This document shows, one piece after another, positions 40,540-48,913 of a stretch of DNA of 64,000 nucleotides. The stretch comes from Chthonomonadia bacterium. Lineage in GTDB: Bacteria; Armatimonadota; HRBIN16. Both the position numbers and the translations under genes were made by a program. The DNA lies in the NCBI GenBank assembly GCA_013314755.1, contig JABUFA010000021.1, forward strand, positions 251-64,250, read 5' to 3'. A model generated the notes under the pieces. It was not told where the DNA came from, ran no database searches, and saw nothing but the letters and a program-made list of their open reading frames with translations. Numbering within the stretch: the first letter of the stretch is position 1; each line of letters begins with the position of its first letter.

Positions 40540-40836
40540 TCATTCTTCCACAATAATCGGCACGGTGAAACAGCCGTCGCGCTGGTCGGGAGCGTTGGCG
40601 AGTATCTCTTCCTGCGGCAGGGAGGGCTGTACGACATCCTCGCGAAACACGTTGTACACCGGGAACGAGTGTGCCGTCGGCTCCACGCCGGTCGTGTCCA
40701 GCTCCTGCAGGCGTTCGAACTGCGCCATCAGGTTGTTGAGATGCTTTTCCATCTGGCGCATCTCCTGCTCGCTCAGCGCCAGCCGCGCCAAACGCGCCAC
40801 ATGCGCTATCTGTTCCAAAGTTAATCGCTGTGCCAT
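40540..40836 (-). CDS. gatC: Asp/Glu-tRNA amidotransferase subunit C
   Basis: HVARLARL, ELDTTGVEP, FREDV, LANAP, VPIIVE. Confidence 0.92.
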   Translation of the reverse strand: MAQRLTLEQIAHVARLARLALSEQEMRQMEKHLNNLMAQFERLQELDTTGVEPTAHSFPVYNVFREDVVQPSLPQEEILANAPDQRDGCFTVPIIVEE

Positions 40837-40845
40837 CGGCTTCCC

Positions 40846-41802
40846 TCAGTCTGTAATCCTCACCAGCGTCAGCGAGACGTCCAGCATCCTGTTATTATAC
40901 GCCCTTCGGATGGCTTCTGCAAACAGGTGCGCCGTGCCCAGCACGGTGACGCGAGGATCCTGATGCCTTTGAGGAACGGTATCGGTGACCACCAGCTCCA
41001 CCACCTCCGGCAGGAGGATGCGCTCCAGTGCGCCCTCGGCGAACACGCCGTGGGTGGCGGCGATACGGATTTCGGGCAGGCATCCCCGCCGGAGCAGTGC
41101 CTGCATACACACCTCCAGCCGCCTGCCGGTCACAATCATATCCTCCACGATGATGGGTTTCAGCCCTTCCACATCCCCAGCGAATCGCACATGCGTGGGG
41201 CTGTCGGCGTGTCCGCGCGTGTATGCCGCTGCCAGAGGCACATTCAGGCGACTCGCCAGAGCTCTCGCCAGACGCACCGCGCCCGCGTCAGGCGCCACCA
41301 CAACGCTCTGCGGGTCACGCCGAGCCGCGTAGTGCCTCACCAGCATCGCCAGCGCACTCAGGTCGTCCACGGGGATATGGAAGAATCCCGCTATCGCCTC
41401 GGCGTGCAGGTCCATGGTGATCACGCGGTCCGCGCCGGCGGTGGTCAGCATATCCGCCACCACTTTGGCGGGCACGGGGTCGCGCGGAGAGGCACGCTTT
41501 TCCTGCCGGGCGTAGGCGAAGTAAGGGACAACCGCCGTCAGGCGGGCAGCGGAGGCACGGCGCAGGGCGTCCAGCAGGATGAGCAGCTCCATCAGGTGGT
41601 CGTGGATGGGCGGACAGAGCGACTGGATCACAAACACATCGCACCCGCGCACGCTCTCGTCACACTCCACCCGTATCTCTCCATCGCTGAACCGGCGCAG
41701 GAGCAGTTTGCCCAGCGGTGTCCCCAGCTCGGCGGCGATGCGGTGGGCGAGGTCGGGATTTCCGTTGCCTGCAAACAGTTTCAGAGGCTGGCGTGGTCTC
41801 AT
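40846..41802 (-). CDS. prs: ribose-phosphate pyrophosphokinase-like protein with degenerate motifs
   Basis: FSDGEI, ESVRGCDVF, PYFAYARQEK, DLHA, HGVF. The PRPP loop and catalytic Lys differ (see findings). Confidence 0.8.
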   Translation of the reverse strand: MRPRQPLKLFAGNGNPDLAHRIAAELGTPLGKLLLRRFSDGEIRVECDESVRGCDVFVIQSLCPPIHDHLMELLILLDALRRASAARLTAVVPYFAYARQEKRASPRDPVPAKVVADMLTTAGADRVITMDLHAEAIAGFFHIPVDDLSALAMLVRHYAARRDPQSVVVAPDAGAVRLARALASRLNVPLAAAYTRGHADSPTHVRFAGDVEGLKPIIVEDMIVTGRRLEVCMQALLRRGCLPEIRIAATHGVFAEGALERILLPEVVELVVTDTVPQRHQDPRVTVLGTAHLFAEAIRRAYNNRMLDVSLTLVRITD

Positions 41803-41841
41803 GGTGAACGGAAGGGGGCGGCACCTGCCGCCCCCGGCACC

Positions 41842-42378
41842 TTAAAAGCGATACCCGACGAGGATAGTGGTGCTATCTCCGCGATAGTCCATTTCCTTGC
41901 CGGTCAGGTGGTAGTTCACCTCTACGAAAAGCTTTTCGTTGATGTCGTAGCCAAGCACCAGTTTGCCGCCAAAGACGGTCTTGGCGCTGACTCCAGCAGG
42001 CTTCAGCACGTACGCGCCCGCGCCCAGTCCGATGTAGCCTTTGAACTGCTCGGTGGGGTCTATCGAGAATATTTGCGTGAGGGTGATGGCGGTGATGCTG
42101 GAGGTCTGGCCGCCTTTACTGCGGGTGTAGTAGTCTACGCCCAACAGCATCTCGCCCTCGCCAATCAACGAGCCACCGCGCAGTTTCACGTCCGCACCTA
42201 CTGCCAGCCATACATCGCCTACCGCGCGCATACTGGCACGGTTGACCACGTTGGCTCCGAGGCGGATGCTGACGTCAGTGGTGGGGTTGTCGAACTGTGC
42301 CCGAGCCTGCTGTGCTGTGAAAACACTCAGGGTCAGCGCCAGCGTCAACAGCGCTGCAAGACGAGATAAGCCTTTCAC
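41842..42378 (-). CDS. small outer-membrane beta-barrel protein (OmpA/OmpW-like)
   Basis: Signal peptide, alternating beta-strands (YIGLGAG, GKLVLGYD), C-terminal VGYRF. Confidence 0.8.
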   Translation of the reverse strand: MKGLSRLAALLTLALTLSVFTAQQARAQFDNPTTDVSIRLGANVVNRASMRAVGDVWLAVGADVKLRGGSLIGEGEMLLGVDYYTRSKGGQTSSITAITLTQIFSIDPTEQFKGYIGLGAGAYVLKPAGVSAKTVFGGKLVLGYDINEKLFVEVNYHLTGKEMDYRGDSTTILVGYRF

Positions 42379-42449
42379 TCACACTCCTCCTTTTGCGATT
42401 TCATAGCGACAGACAGCAGTTCCCTCATTGCCTGCTGCCGTTCGCCAGC

Positions 42450-42478
42450 ATTATACGCTTTCGACATGCTTTTGTCAA
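42450..42478 (-). promoter_or_regulatory. perfect-consensus sigma70 promoter
   Basis: Minus strand TTGACA-17 bp-TATAAT. Confidence 0.85.
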
Positions 42479-42504
42479 ATCCTGAATCCTGATGCGAGAA
42501 TCGG

Positions 42505-42705
42505 GGAGTATCCCTGTAACTGGAAGTTGCAGGCTGGGCTGAAGCATGGCTTCAGCGGTCCATAACCTGCGCCAGCAGGTCTGTCTGGGGTAACAACCCT
42601 GCAACTGGAAGTTGCGGGCCACTCATGACGAAGCCTCCTTGCGGAGGCTATAAACCTGCTTCAGCAGGTTTTGTCAATGGTTGCCTGCGATTTTCAATCG
42701 CAAGG
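42505..42705. repeat. REP/BIME-like palindrome mosaic, copy 2
   Basis: Seven hairpins: 42513-33, 42538-56, 42565-80, 42597-618, 42632-49, 42654-69, 42684-705; modules shared with copies 1 and 3. Confidence 0.85.
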
Positions 42706-42757
42706 TTGGGATAAGAAAGAAGGAGGCGGACCGTGCCGCCTCCGCACACAGAAGCTG

Positions 42758-43282
42758 TTATCGGGGCAGGTTCCTCTCGTAGATGACCAGGTCGCCGCGA
42801 ACCACCTTGCCGGCAAAGGCGAAGGGCTTGTCTGTCTCTCGCGATACGAAGCGCAATGCAATGGTATCGGGTTCACCCTCCTGCACACTGGGAGCGCGGT
42901 TGTCCTTCACCACCACCGTCACCTCGCCGCGCACGCGCCGACCACCACGCGGGGTGGTAAGGGACAGCACCACCAGTCCCTTAAACTCCGCCACTTTGCC
43001 GGCGTCTCCTATGCGCTGACCGTACCCGGTGAGCTTGACCATGTCGATTTTCACCACCGTGCGCGTCTCGGGGTTGGCTGTGGTGAAGTGGAAGAAACCA
43101 TCCAGAACGTGCCTCTGGGTGTCGTTGTTGATGACCTTCTTCACTTCATAACGGAACTGCGCGGGCTTGTTGTTTTCGTTGACCGCCGTGCCCCAGCCTG
43201 TGGAGCCTTTCACCGTGTAGGTCTGCGCCATCGCCGCCGAAGCCACCATCAGAACGCCCAGCCAGAGCCATTTGCGTAACAT
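42758..43282 (-). CDS. secreted hypothetical beta-rich protein
   Basis: Signal peptide MLRKWLWLGVLMVASAAMA. Start moved to ATG 43282 (GGAGG). Confidence 0.75.
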   Translation of the reverse strand: MLRKWLWLGVLMVASAAMAQTYTVKGSTGWGTAVNENNKPAQFRYEVKKVINNDTQRHVLDGFFHFTTANPETRTVVKIDMVKLTGYGQRIGDAGKVAEFKGLVVLSLTTPRGGRRVRGEVTVVVKDNRAPSVQEGEPDTIALRFVSRETDKPFAFAGKVVRGDLVIYERNLPR

Positions 43283-43364
43283 TGGTCGTCCCTCCTTCAT
43301 TCTGGTGGAGTGTTTTTCCATCCACCGTAGACGCAGGAGCTGGACAAATGTTCAATGGGCCGCT

Positions 43365-44687
43365 TTATGCATCCACCCGATAGGGCTTCAGCTGCTCTGC
43401 AAGATCGTGCGTTACCTCTGCTTCCACCAGAATGCCGTCGGGCGTGTACTCCGCGCTGTGCACGCGCCCCAGTTCGTAACACTGCGCCAGCAGATTGCTC
43501 TGGGTGTAGGGCAGTCGTACCCGGATGGGTTGAAGCAATGAGCGCAGGGTAGAAAGGATATGGTTCATCAACTCAGGGATTCCCTCTGCCTTCAGCGCGG
43601 AGATGTACACCGCGTTGGGCGTCTCCGCCACCAGCTGGCGCAGGCGATAGGAATCCTTCACCAGGTCCGCTTTGTTATAGGCGGTGATGATGGGTTTGTT
43701 GTGTGCGCCCAGTTCCGCCAGCACCTGCATGACCGCCTCGCGTTGCAGTTCAAACTGCGGGTGGCTGGCGTCCACGACGTGAATGAGGAAGTCCGCCTCG
43801 GTGACCTCCTCCAGCGTGGCGCGGAAGGCGGCGACGAGGGAGTGCGGTAGGTTGCGGATGAATCCAACGGTATCGGACAGCAGAACGCCCCAACCATCAG
43901 GCAAGACGATACGACGCACGGTGGGGTCGAGTGTGGCGAAGAGGTGCTCATCGGTGTAGATGTGCGCACCCGACAGCGTGTTGAGCAGAGTGGACTTGCC
44001 TGCGCTGGTGTAGCCTACCAGTGCGCCAAAGGGGAAGGGTAGCCGGCGTCTGCCCTGGCGCTGCTGACTGCGCTGACGAGCCACCTGCTCCAGCTCGCGC
44101 TGAAGGTCGGCAATGCGCTCACGCACCTTGCGCCGGTCCTGTTCGAGCTTGGTTTCGCCCGGTCCGCCGCGCATTCCGATGTGCCCCGCCTGCTGTTCAA
44201 ACTTGGTGTAAACGCTCATGAGGCGCGGCAGCTCGTAGGTCAGCTGGGCGAGCTCCACCTGCAGTTTGCCCTCGCGCGTGTGGGCACGCTGGGCGAAGAT
44301 GCGCAGGATGAGCTCGGTACGGTCAATCACGCGCGTCTTCAGGATGTCCTCTAAGTTGCGCTGTTGCAGAGGGGTCAGGTCGTCATCCACAATCACCAGG
44401 TCGGCTGCGACCTCGCGCACCTGCGGGAAGAGCAGTTCCGCCTTGCCCCTGCCGATGAAGGTGGCAGAGTCGGGACGGTTGCGCCGCTGTCGGCTCTCGC
44501 CCACCACCTCCAGACCGGCGGTGTCGCACAGGGCACGCAGCTCTTCCTCCACGTAACGGTCGAGCTCCGGGTCGGGATTGACGTAGATGAGAAACGCTCG
44601 CTCGCGCTCCTGCACCGGATGCAGGCGCGTGGCTGGAGTCGGCAATTCAACGAGCTGAACGGACGGATCCACGTTTCGCTGTGGCAT
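43365..44687 (-). CDS. hflX: GTPase HflX
   Basis: VIDRTELILRIFAQRA, EGKLQVELAQL, GPGETKLEQDRR, GYTSAGKST, LFATLDPT, DTVGFI, AFRATLEE. Confidence 0.95.
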   Translation of the reverse strand: MPQRNVDPSVQLVELPTPATRLHPVQERERAFLIYVNPDPELDRYVEEELRALCDTAGLEVVGESRQRRNRPDSATFIGRGKAELLFPQVREVAADLVIVDDDLTPLQQRNLEDILKTRVIDRTELILRIFAQRAHTREGKLQVELAQLTYELPRLMSVYTKFEQQAGHIGMRGGPGETKLEQDRRKVRERIADLQRELEQVARQRSQQRQGRRRLPFPFGALVGYTSAGKSTLLNTLSGAHIYTDEHLFATLDPTVRRIVLPDGWGVLLSDTVGFIRNLPHSLVAAFRATLEEVTEADFLIHVVDASHPQFELQREAVMQVLAELGAHNKPIITAYNKADLVKDSYRLRQLVAETPNAVYISALKAEGIPELMNHILSTLRSLLQPIRVRLPYTQSNLLAQCYELGRVHSAEYTPDGILVEAEVTHDLAEQLKPYRVDA

Positions 44688-44724
44688 TTCGGTATTTCAC
44701 CTCTTTTCCTTACCTGACCGCCAG

Positions 44725-44779
44725 CCCCTTCCCTGCGAGGGAAGGGGAGCCTTGCCTCTCCCCGCGTCGGGGAGAGGGG
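44725..44779. repeat. two CCCCT(T/C)CCC-type palindromes
   Basis: CCCCTTCCCT-GCG-AGGGAAGGGG and CCTCTCCCC-GCGTC-GGGGAGAGG. Confidence 0.6.
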
Positions 44780-44837
44780 TTAGAGTACCCTCCCTCCAAT
44801 CTCAGTATATCCCTTCGCAACCGCTGAGCGCAACGGG

Positions 44838-45632
44838 CTAAAACCTCACCGCATACAGCCTGACCACCGCCTCGACGGTATGAAAATCGTCCTCACTGCC
44901 GAACTGTTCACGGATATAGTTGCGGGTCTGCTCTAACAGGTCCCTGTGCGCGTCGTCGGGAATGTTCCAGAGCTGCGAGTAGGTGCGCTTTTCCACCTCC
45001 GCCAGCACCTCGCGATGGGTGCGCCCAGCCTGCCAGCGCAGGGAAGGATGCTCTACCAGGGTAACCGCCCCTCCTGTCTGCTTCACGAAGTCCAACGCCT
45101 CGTCCGCGCTGGATGCTCCCAGCACCGGGCTCAGAAGCCCGCGCTCGCGTGCAAGCGCAAGGTAGTACTCTCGCGCGGGGAAGCGCTTGCCCTCTTCATA
45201 CAGCAGGAACAGCACCCCATCGCGCCTGAGCACGCGCCGGCACTCCAGCAACACCGTCCGCCAGTCGGCAATCAGATGCAGAACGTGCGCGACCAGTATC
45301 GCCTTTGCCGAGTGCGAACGAACGGGCAGACGACGCAGGTCCGCCTGCACCAGCTTAAGGCTGGGTGGCGCCCCTTTGCGGAGAAGCTGGCTCATCATCC
45401 TGCGCGAGACGTCTATCCCCAGTACGCGCACTCCGCGCCGGGCAAGAGGCAGAGCGAACCGCCCCGTGCCGGTTCCTGCATCCACAAACCACTCGCCCGG
45501 CGCGATGCTCGCGGCAGCAAGCATCTGCTCCACCACCGCCTCACGCACCGATTCGGGCAGGAAACGGGTGGCATCGTAGTCTTCCGCCACGCGGTCAAAG
45601 CTCAGATACTGGCTCACCGGCTTGCCTTCCAT
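44838..45632 (-). CDS. class I SAM-dependent methyltransferase
   Basis: FDRVAEDYD, VDAGTGTGRF, GIDVS, QADLRRLP. Confidence 0.88.
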   Translation of the reverse strand: MEGKPVSQYLSFDRVAEDYDATRFLPESVREAVVEQMLAAASIAPGEWFVDAGTGTGRFALPLARRGVRVLGIDVSRRMMSQLLRKGAPPSLKLVQADLRRLPVRSHSAKAILVAHVLHLIADWRTVLLECRRVLRRDGVLFLLYEEGKRFPAREYYLALARERGLLSPVLGASSADEALDFVKQTGGAVTLVEHPSLRWQAGRTHREVLAEVEKRTYSQLWNIPDDAHRDLLEQTRNYIREQFGSEDDFHTVEAVVRLYAVRF

Positions 45633-46393
45633 CCCTCCACAATCCGGGTCGCGTAAGCATAGGATTGGGCAACGCGCTCCAACTGCTCCTGCTCGCTCAG
45701 GTTCTCGCCCTCAATCCCCTCCAGCTCCATCGTGAACGGTCCGCGAAAACCGCGCTCCAGCAGAAGACGAAAGATTTCGGGAAAGTCCACCACGCCCTGC
45801 CCGAGGGTGGGAAAGTACCACGTGCGCGGCTTGCCGTTGGTGTCCTTCAGGTGCACGCTGAAGACGTGGGGCAGAATCTTGCGCAGTTCGGTCACCGAAT
45901 CGGTGCCCTCGTTGTAATAGTAGATGTTGGCGGTGTCGAAGTTGATGCCCACGTTGGGATGGTCAATCGCCTGCATGGTGCGCGAAGCGACGTCGCCGTT
46001 GGTGATGAGGTCGGGATGGGTTTCCATCGCCACCTTCACGCCCAGCTCGCCCGCGATGTCGCCTATGCGCCGGAGTCGGCGATAGACGTCGGGCAGGGGC
46101 AGTTCCCCCGCGTGCACGCTGATGAAGGCAATCTTCGCCCCCATGCGCCCAACCGCTCTGGCTATTTGCGCGAAGCTTTCCGCCCCTTCATCGGAAGAGA
46201 CGTCACAGGGGCAAATCACGCTGGAGATGTGGATACCATACGGCTCAACCTGCTTCAGCCACTCGTCGGCGTCTTCGGGCTTGCCGATACTGACCTCGGC
46301 GTAGCGAATGCCTGTGGCTTGCATGTGTTCAAACGCCCGCTGACGGTATCTGCCGTAGCTGTACACGTTGCAGGCGAGGATAATGTCGTCCAT
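45614..46393 (-). CDS. sugar phosphate isomerase/epimerase (TIM barrel)
   Basis: METH, FDTAN, VHLKD, MELE metal ligands. Start moved to ATG 46393. Confidence 0.88.
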   Translation of the reverse strand: MDDIILACNVYSYGRYRQRAFEHMQATGIRYAEVSIGKPEDADEWLKQVEPYGIHISSVICPCDVSSDEGAESFAQIARAVGRMGAKIAFISVHAGELPLPDVYRRLRRIGDIAGELGVKVAMETHPDLITNGDVASRTMQAIDHPNVGINFDTANIYYYNEGTDSVTELRKILPHVFSVHLKDTNGKPRTWYFPTLGQGVVDFPEIFRLLLERGFRGPFTMELEGIEGENLSEQEQLERVAQSYAYATRIVEGWKASR

Positions 46394-46452
46394 CGCAGGG
46401 TCTCCTCTGTTTGGCTTTGAGGTACGTTTCGCCCCGAACGGGCGGGTTCCTC

Positions 46453-47703
46453 TTACATTGCCCGCATGACCAGACCGCTCAGCAATTTGGGGTAGAAGTA
46501 GGTGGACTTGGGCGGCATCTTTTCGCCTGCAAGAGCCACCTCGCGCACCTCCTGCACAGTGGGCGGGTTGAGCAGGAACGCCACCGACGCCTCTCCAGAA
46601 GATGTCCATTCTATCGCCTCGCGCTCGTCGCGGGTGTAGCGGATGCCCTCGGCGCGTTCCAGATGATGCTGGGTTATGCCGAACAGGGGTTCCAGCACCA
46701 GCGACTGCAGAAGGGTGACGTCCAGCTGGCGGTACGCGGGGCTGTGCTCGCCGGGCACGAGCGTTTCGGGCGCAATGCCGGGCTTGAGCCACGCGGTCAA
46801 CGCCTTCCCTCCACGAAGCACCACGCCGAAACCTCGGCGAGCCGCTCCCTGCTGAAGCAGTCCCGGAAGATCCTGCGGAGCGCAGGGGTTCAGCTCAAAC
46901 CACTGCCCTAACCAATCCGCCAGCCGCGCCAGCGCATCCTCCGAAGCGGAGGGAAGCACGCGGTGGGTGGGCAGTATCACGATGCCCGGGTCGTCAAAAG
47001 GGGTAAGGGCTATCATCAACCAGTCGTAGGGCTGGAGGGATGGGGGATTGCCCTCGCTGGCGCGTCGCTCGCGCCGATACTGCAAACTGGTCTCGTAACG
47101 GTGATGTCCATCCGCAATCCACACTCGCGATGGGGCAACGGTCGCTTCCAGCCGTTGCAGGGTTGCAGAGTCATCCACGCGGTACAGGCGATGCAGTCCG
47201 TCGGTGTACTCCACCTCTGCCACGGGGGGCACGGTGTGGCTCAACTGCTCCAGCACGGGGAACAGATTCCCTTCCACCAGCCCATAGATAGGCTCCAGAT
47301 TCGCCTGCGTGGCGCGAAGCAGGTGCAGTCGGTCCTCTTTTGCCTTCGCCTGCGTGTTCTCGTGCGGGAGCACAACCCCGGTTTCGTACTCCTCCAGCGC
47401 CATCAGGCAGACCAGCGCAAGCCGGCGGCGCACCTCGCCGGTGACAGGGTGGACGAACCGCTGTTCCAGAAGGTACATGGCTGGCTGGGGGTCGGTGCGA
47501 AGGATGCCCTGCTCCTGCCACCGGCGCCACAGGCTTTGAGCCTGTTCGTAGCTGTCGGGAAGGGTAAGGTGGGTGATGTTATAGTTGAGCTGTCGGAGCC
47601 TTTCGCGCTCCGGCGGCGTAATCACGTCGTACGGTGGCGCAACGCACTCATGGAGCTCGGACAGCCCATAGCGCACGCCACAAAACGAGGCGATACGCGC
47701 CAT
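46453..47703 (-). CDS. DUF1015 family protein
   Basis: PPYDVI, IADGHHRYET, MPPKSTYFYPKL. Start moved to ATG 47703. Confidence 0.9.
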   Translation of the reverse strand: MARIASFCGVRYGLSELHECVAPPYDVITPPERERLRQLNYNITHLTLPDSYEQAQSLWRRWQEQGILRTDPQPAMYLLEQRFVHPVTGEVRRRLALVCLMALEEYETGVVLPHENTQAKAKEDRLHLLRATQANLEPIYGLVEGNLFPVLEQLSHTVPPVAEVEYTDGLHRLYRVDDSATLQRLEATVAPSRVWIADGHHRYETSLQYRRERRASEGNPPSLQPYDWLMIALTPFDDPGIVILPTHRVLPSASEDALARLADWLGQWFELNPCAPQDLPGLLQQGAARRGFGVVLRGGKALTAWLKPGIAPETLVPGEHSPAYRQLDVTLLQSLVLEPLFGITQHHLERAEGIRYTRDEREAIEWTSSGEASVAFLLNPPTVQEVREVALAGEKMPPKSTYFYPKLLSGLVMRAM

Positions 47704-47707
47704 GCAG

Positions 47708-48028
47708 TTACAGCAAAGCCTCCAGCTTCTGCACAATGGTCTGCTTGGGCACCACGCCCACAATCATATCCTGCACCTTGCCGTCCTTGAAGAACAGCAG
47801 AGTGGGGATGCTCTGGATTCCATAGCGAAGAGCCAGCTCCGGCTCCTCGTCAACGTTCACCTTCACCACTTTTGCCCTGCCGGCGTATTCCTGCGAAATC
47901 GCATCCACATGCGGAGCAATCGCTTTGCACGGACCGCACCATACCGCCCAGAAGTCCACCAGCACCGGCACGCTGGACTGCAGAACTTCTGTATCAAACT
48001 GGTCGGTCGTGACGTGTGTTGCGCTCAT
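47708..48028 (-). CDS. trxA: thioredoxin
   Basis: [18 protein letters not shown]. Confidence 0.95.
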   Translation of the reverse strand: MSATHVTTDQFDTEVLQSSVPVLVDFWAVWCGPCKAIAPHVDAISQEYAGRAKVVKVNVDEEPELALRYGIQSIPTLLFFKDGKVQDMIVGVVPKQTIVQKLEALL

Positions 48029-48086
48029 GCTTGCCTCCTGCCTCAAAGTCTTACGTCCTCATTATGGGAGATAGAGGGGCATTTTG

Positions 48087-48827
48087 TCAACCGACAGCGT
48101 GCATCCACACAATGAGCCACACGGCAAACCACACCGAGCACACAATCTCAATCACGCCCAGCACTATCGCCTTGAAGTTATGGTTCTGGGGGATGAGCAG
48201 GGTGCGCACCGCCGCGGGCAGGTACGCCACCGCCAGCAGAGGCTGAAACACCAGCGCCAGCACGCCGGGAACCGCCAGTGCATATGCTATCGCGACCAGC
48301 TTCAGCGGGCGGTTGCGCCGCTCGCGAATCAGCGACTTCACGTGCAGAGCGGTGCCGAAGAAATACAGCAGGCACAACGCCCACAGGCTCCACGCTTCCG
48401 CATCCAGCCGCCCCCTGCCCACCACGTACCCTGCCACCACCGCCAGATTCAGCCCTGCCATCGCCACCAGGTCGTTCAGCAGGTGTCTCTCGTTGCGTCG
48501 CCGGGCGAACCAGGCGTTCACGGCAAAACCTGTTAGGGCAATCAGCCCAACGACCAGCAGGGCAGGGTACATCCACACCAGCGGCAGCCCGAAGCCGCCA
48601 GCAACGGCTCCGTAGCCCACTGTCCACCTCAGCCAGTATGCCCGCTGAGACGGATAGCGCAGGGACTGCAGGAGGGGATAGGATGCGAGGTATGCAAACA
48701 ACACTGCAACCACCAGCAGAAGCTTTGAAGGATGCCACGCTGTCCCCGCCAGACCCACCGCCAGCGGCGCCAGCCACATCATCCACGCTCCGTGCTCGTG
48801 TGGTATCACCAGCTGCCGTGCGCGCAT
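48087..48827 (-). CDS. YwiC-like membrane protein
   Basis: IPHEHGAWMM N-terminal motif and multiple TMs. Start moved to ATG 48827. Confidence 0.8.
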   Translation of the reverse strand: MRARQLVIPHEHGAWMMWLAPLAVGLAGTAWHPSKLLLVVAVLFAYLASYPLLQSLRYPSQRAYWLRWTVGYGAVAGGFGLPLVWMYPALLVVGLIALTGFAVNAWFARRRNERHLLNDLVAMAGLNLAVVAGYVVGRGRLDAEAWSLWALCLLYFFGTALHVKSLIRERRNRPLKLVAIAYALAVPGVLALVFQPLLAVAYLPAAVRTLLIPQNHNFKAIVLGVIEIVCSVWFAVWLIVWMHAVG

Positions 48828-48913
48828 ATCACTGCGAAGTATACCAGATAAAATCAACTTCCCGTACCGTTGCGGGTAGAGGTCTACCATACCGTTCCGA
48901 TAGTGGTAATAGG

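Noticed and set aside
44000-44030. HflX G1 motif GYTSAGKS instead of GYTNAGKS
   Set aside because: Still fits GxxxxGKS and all other motifs are intact; probably neutral variation.
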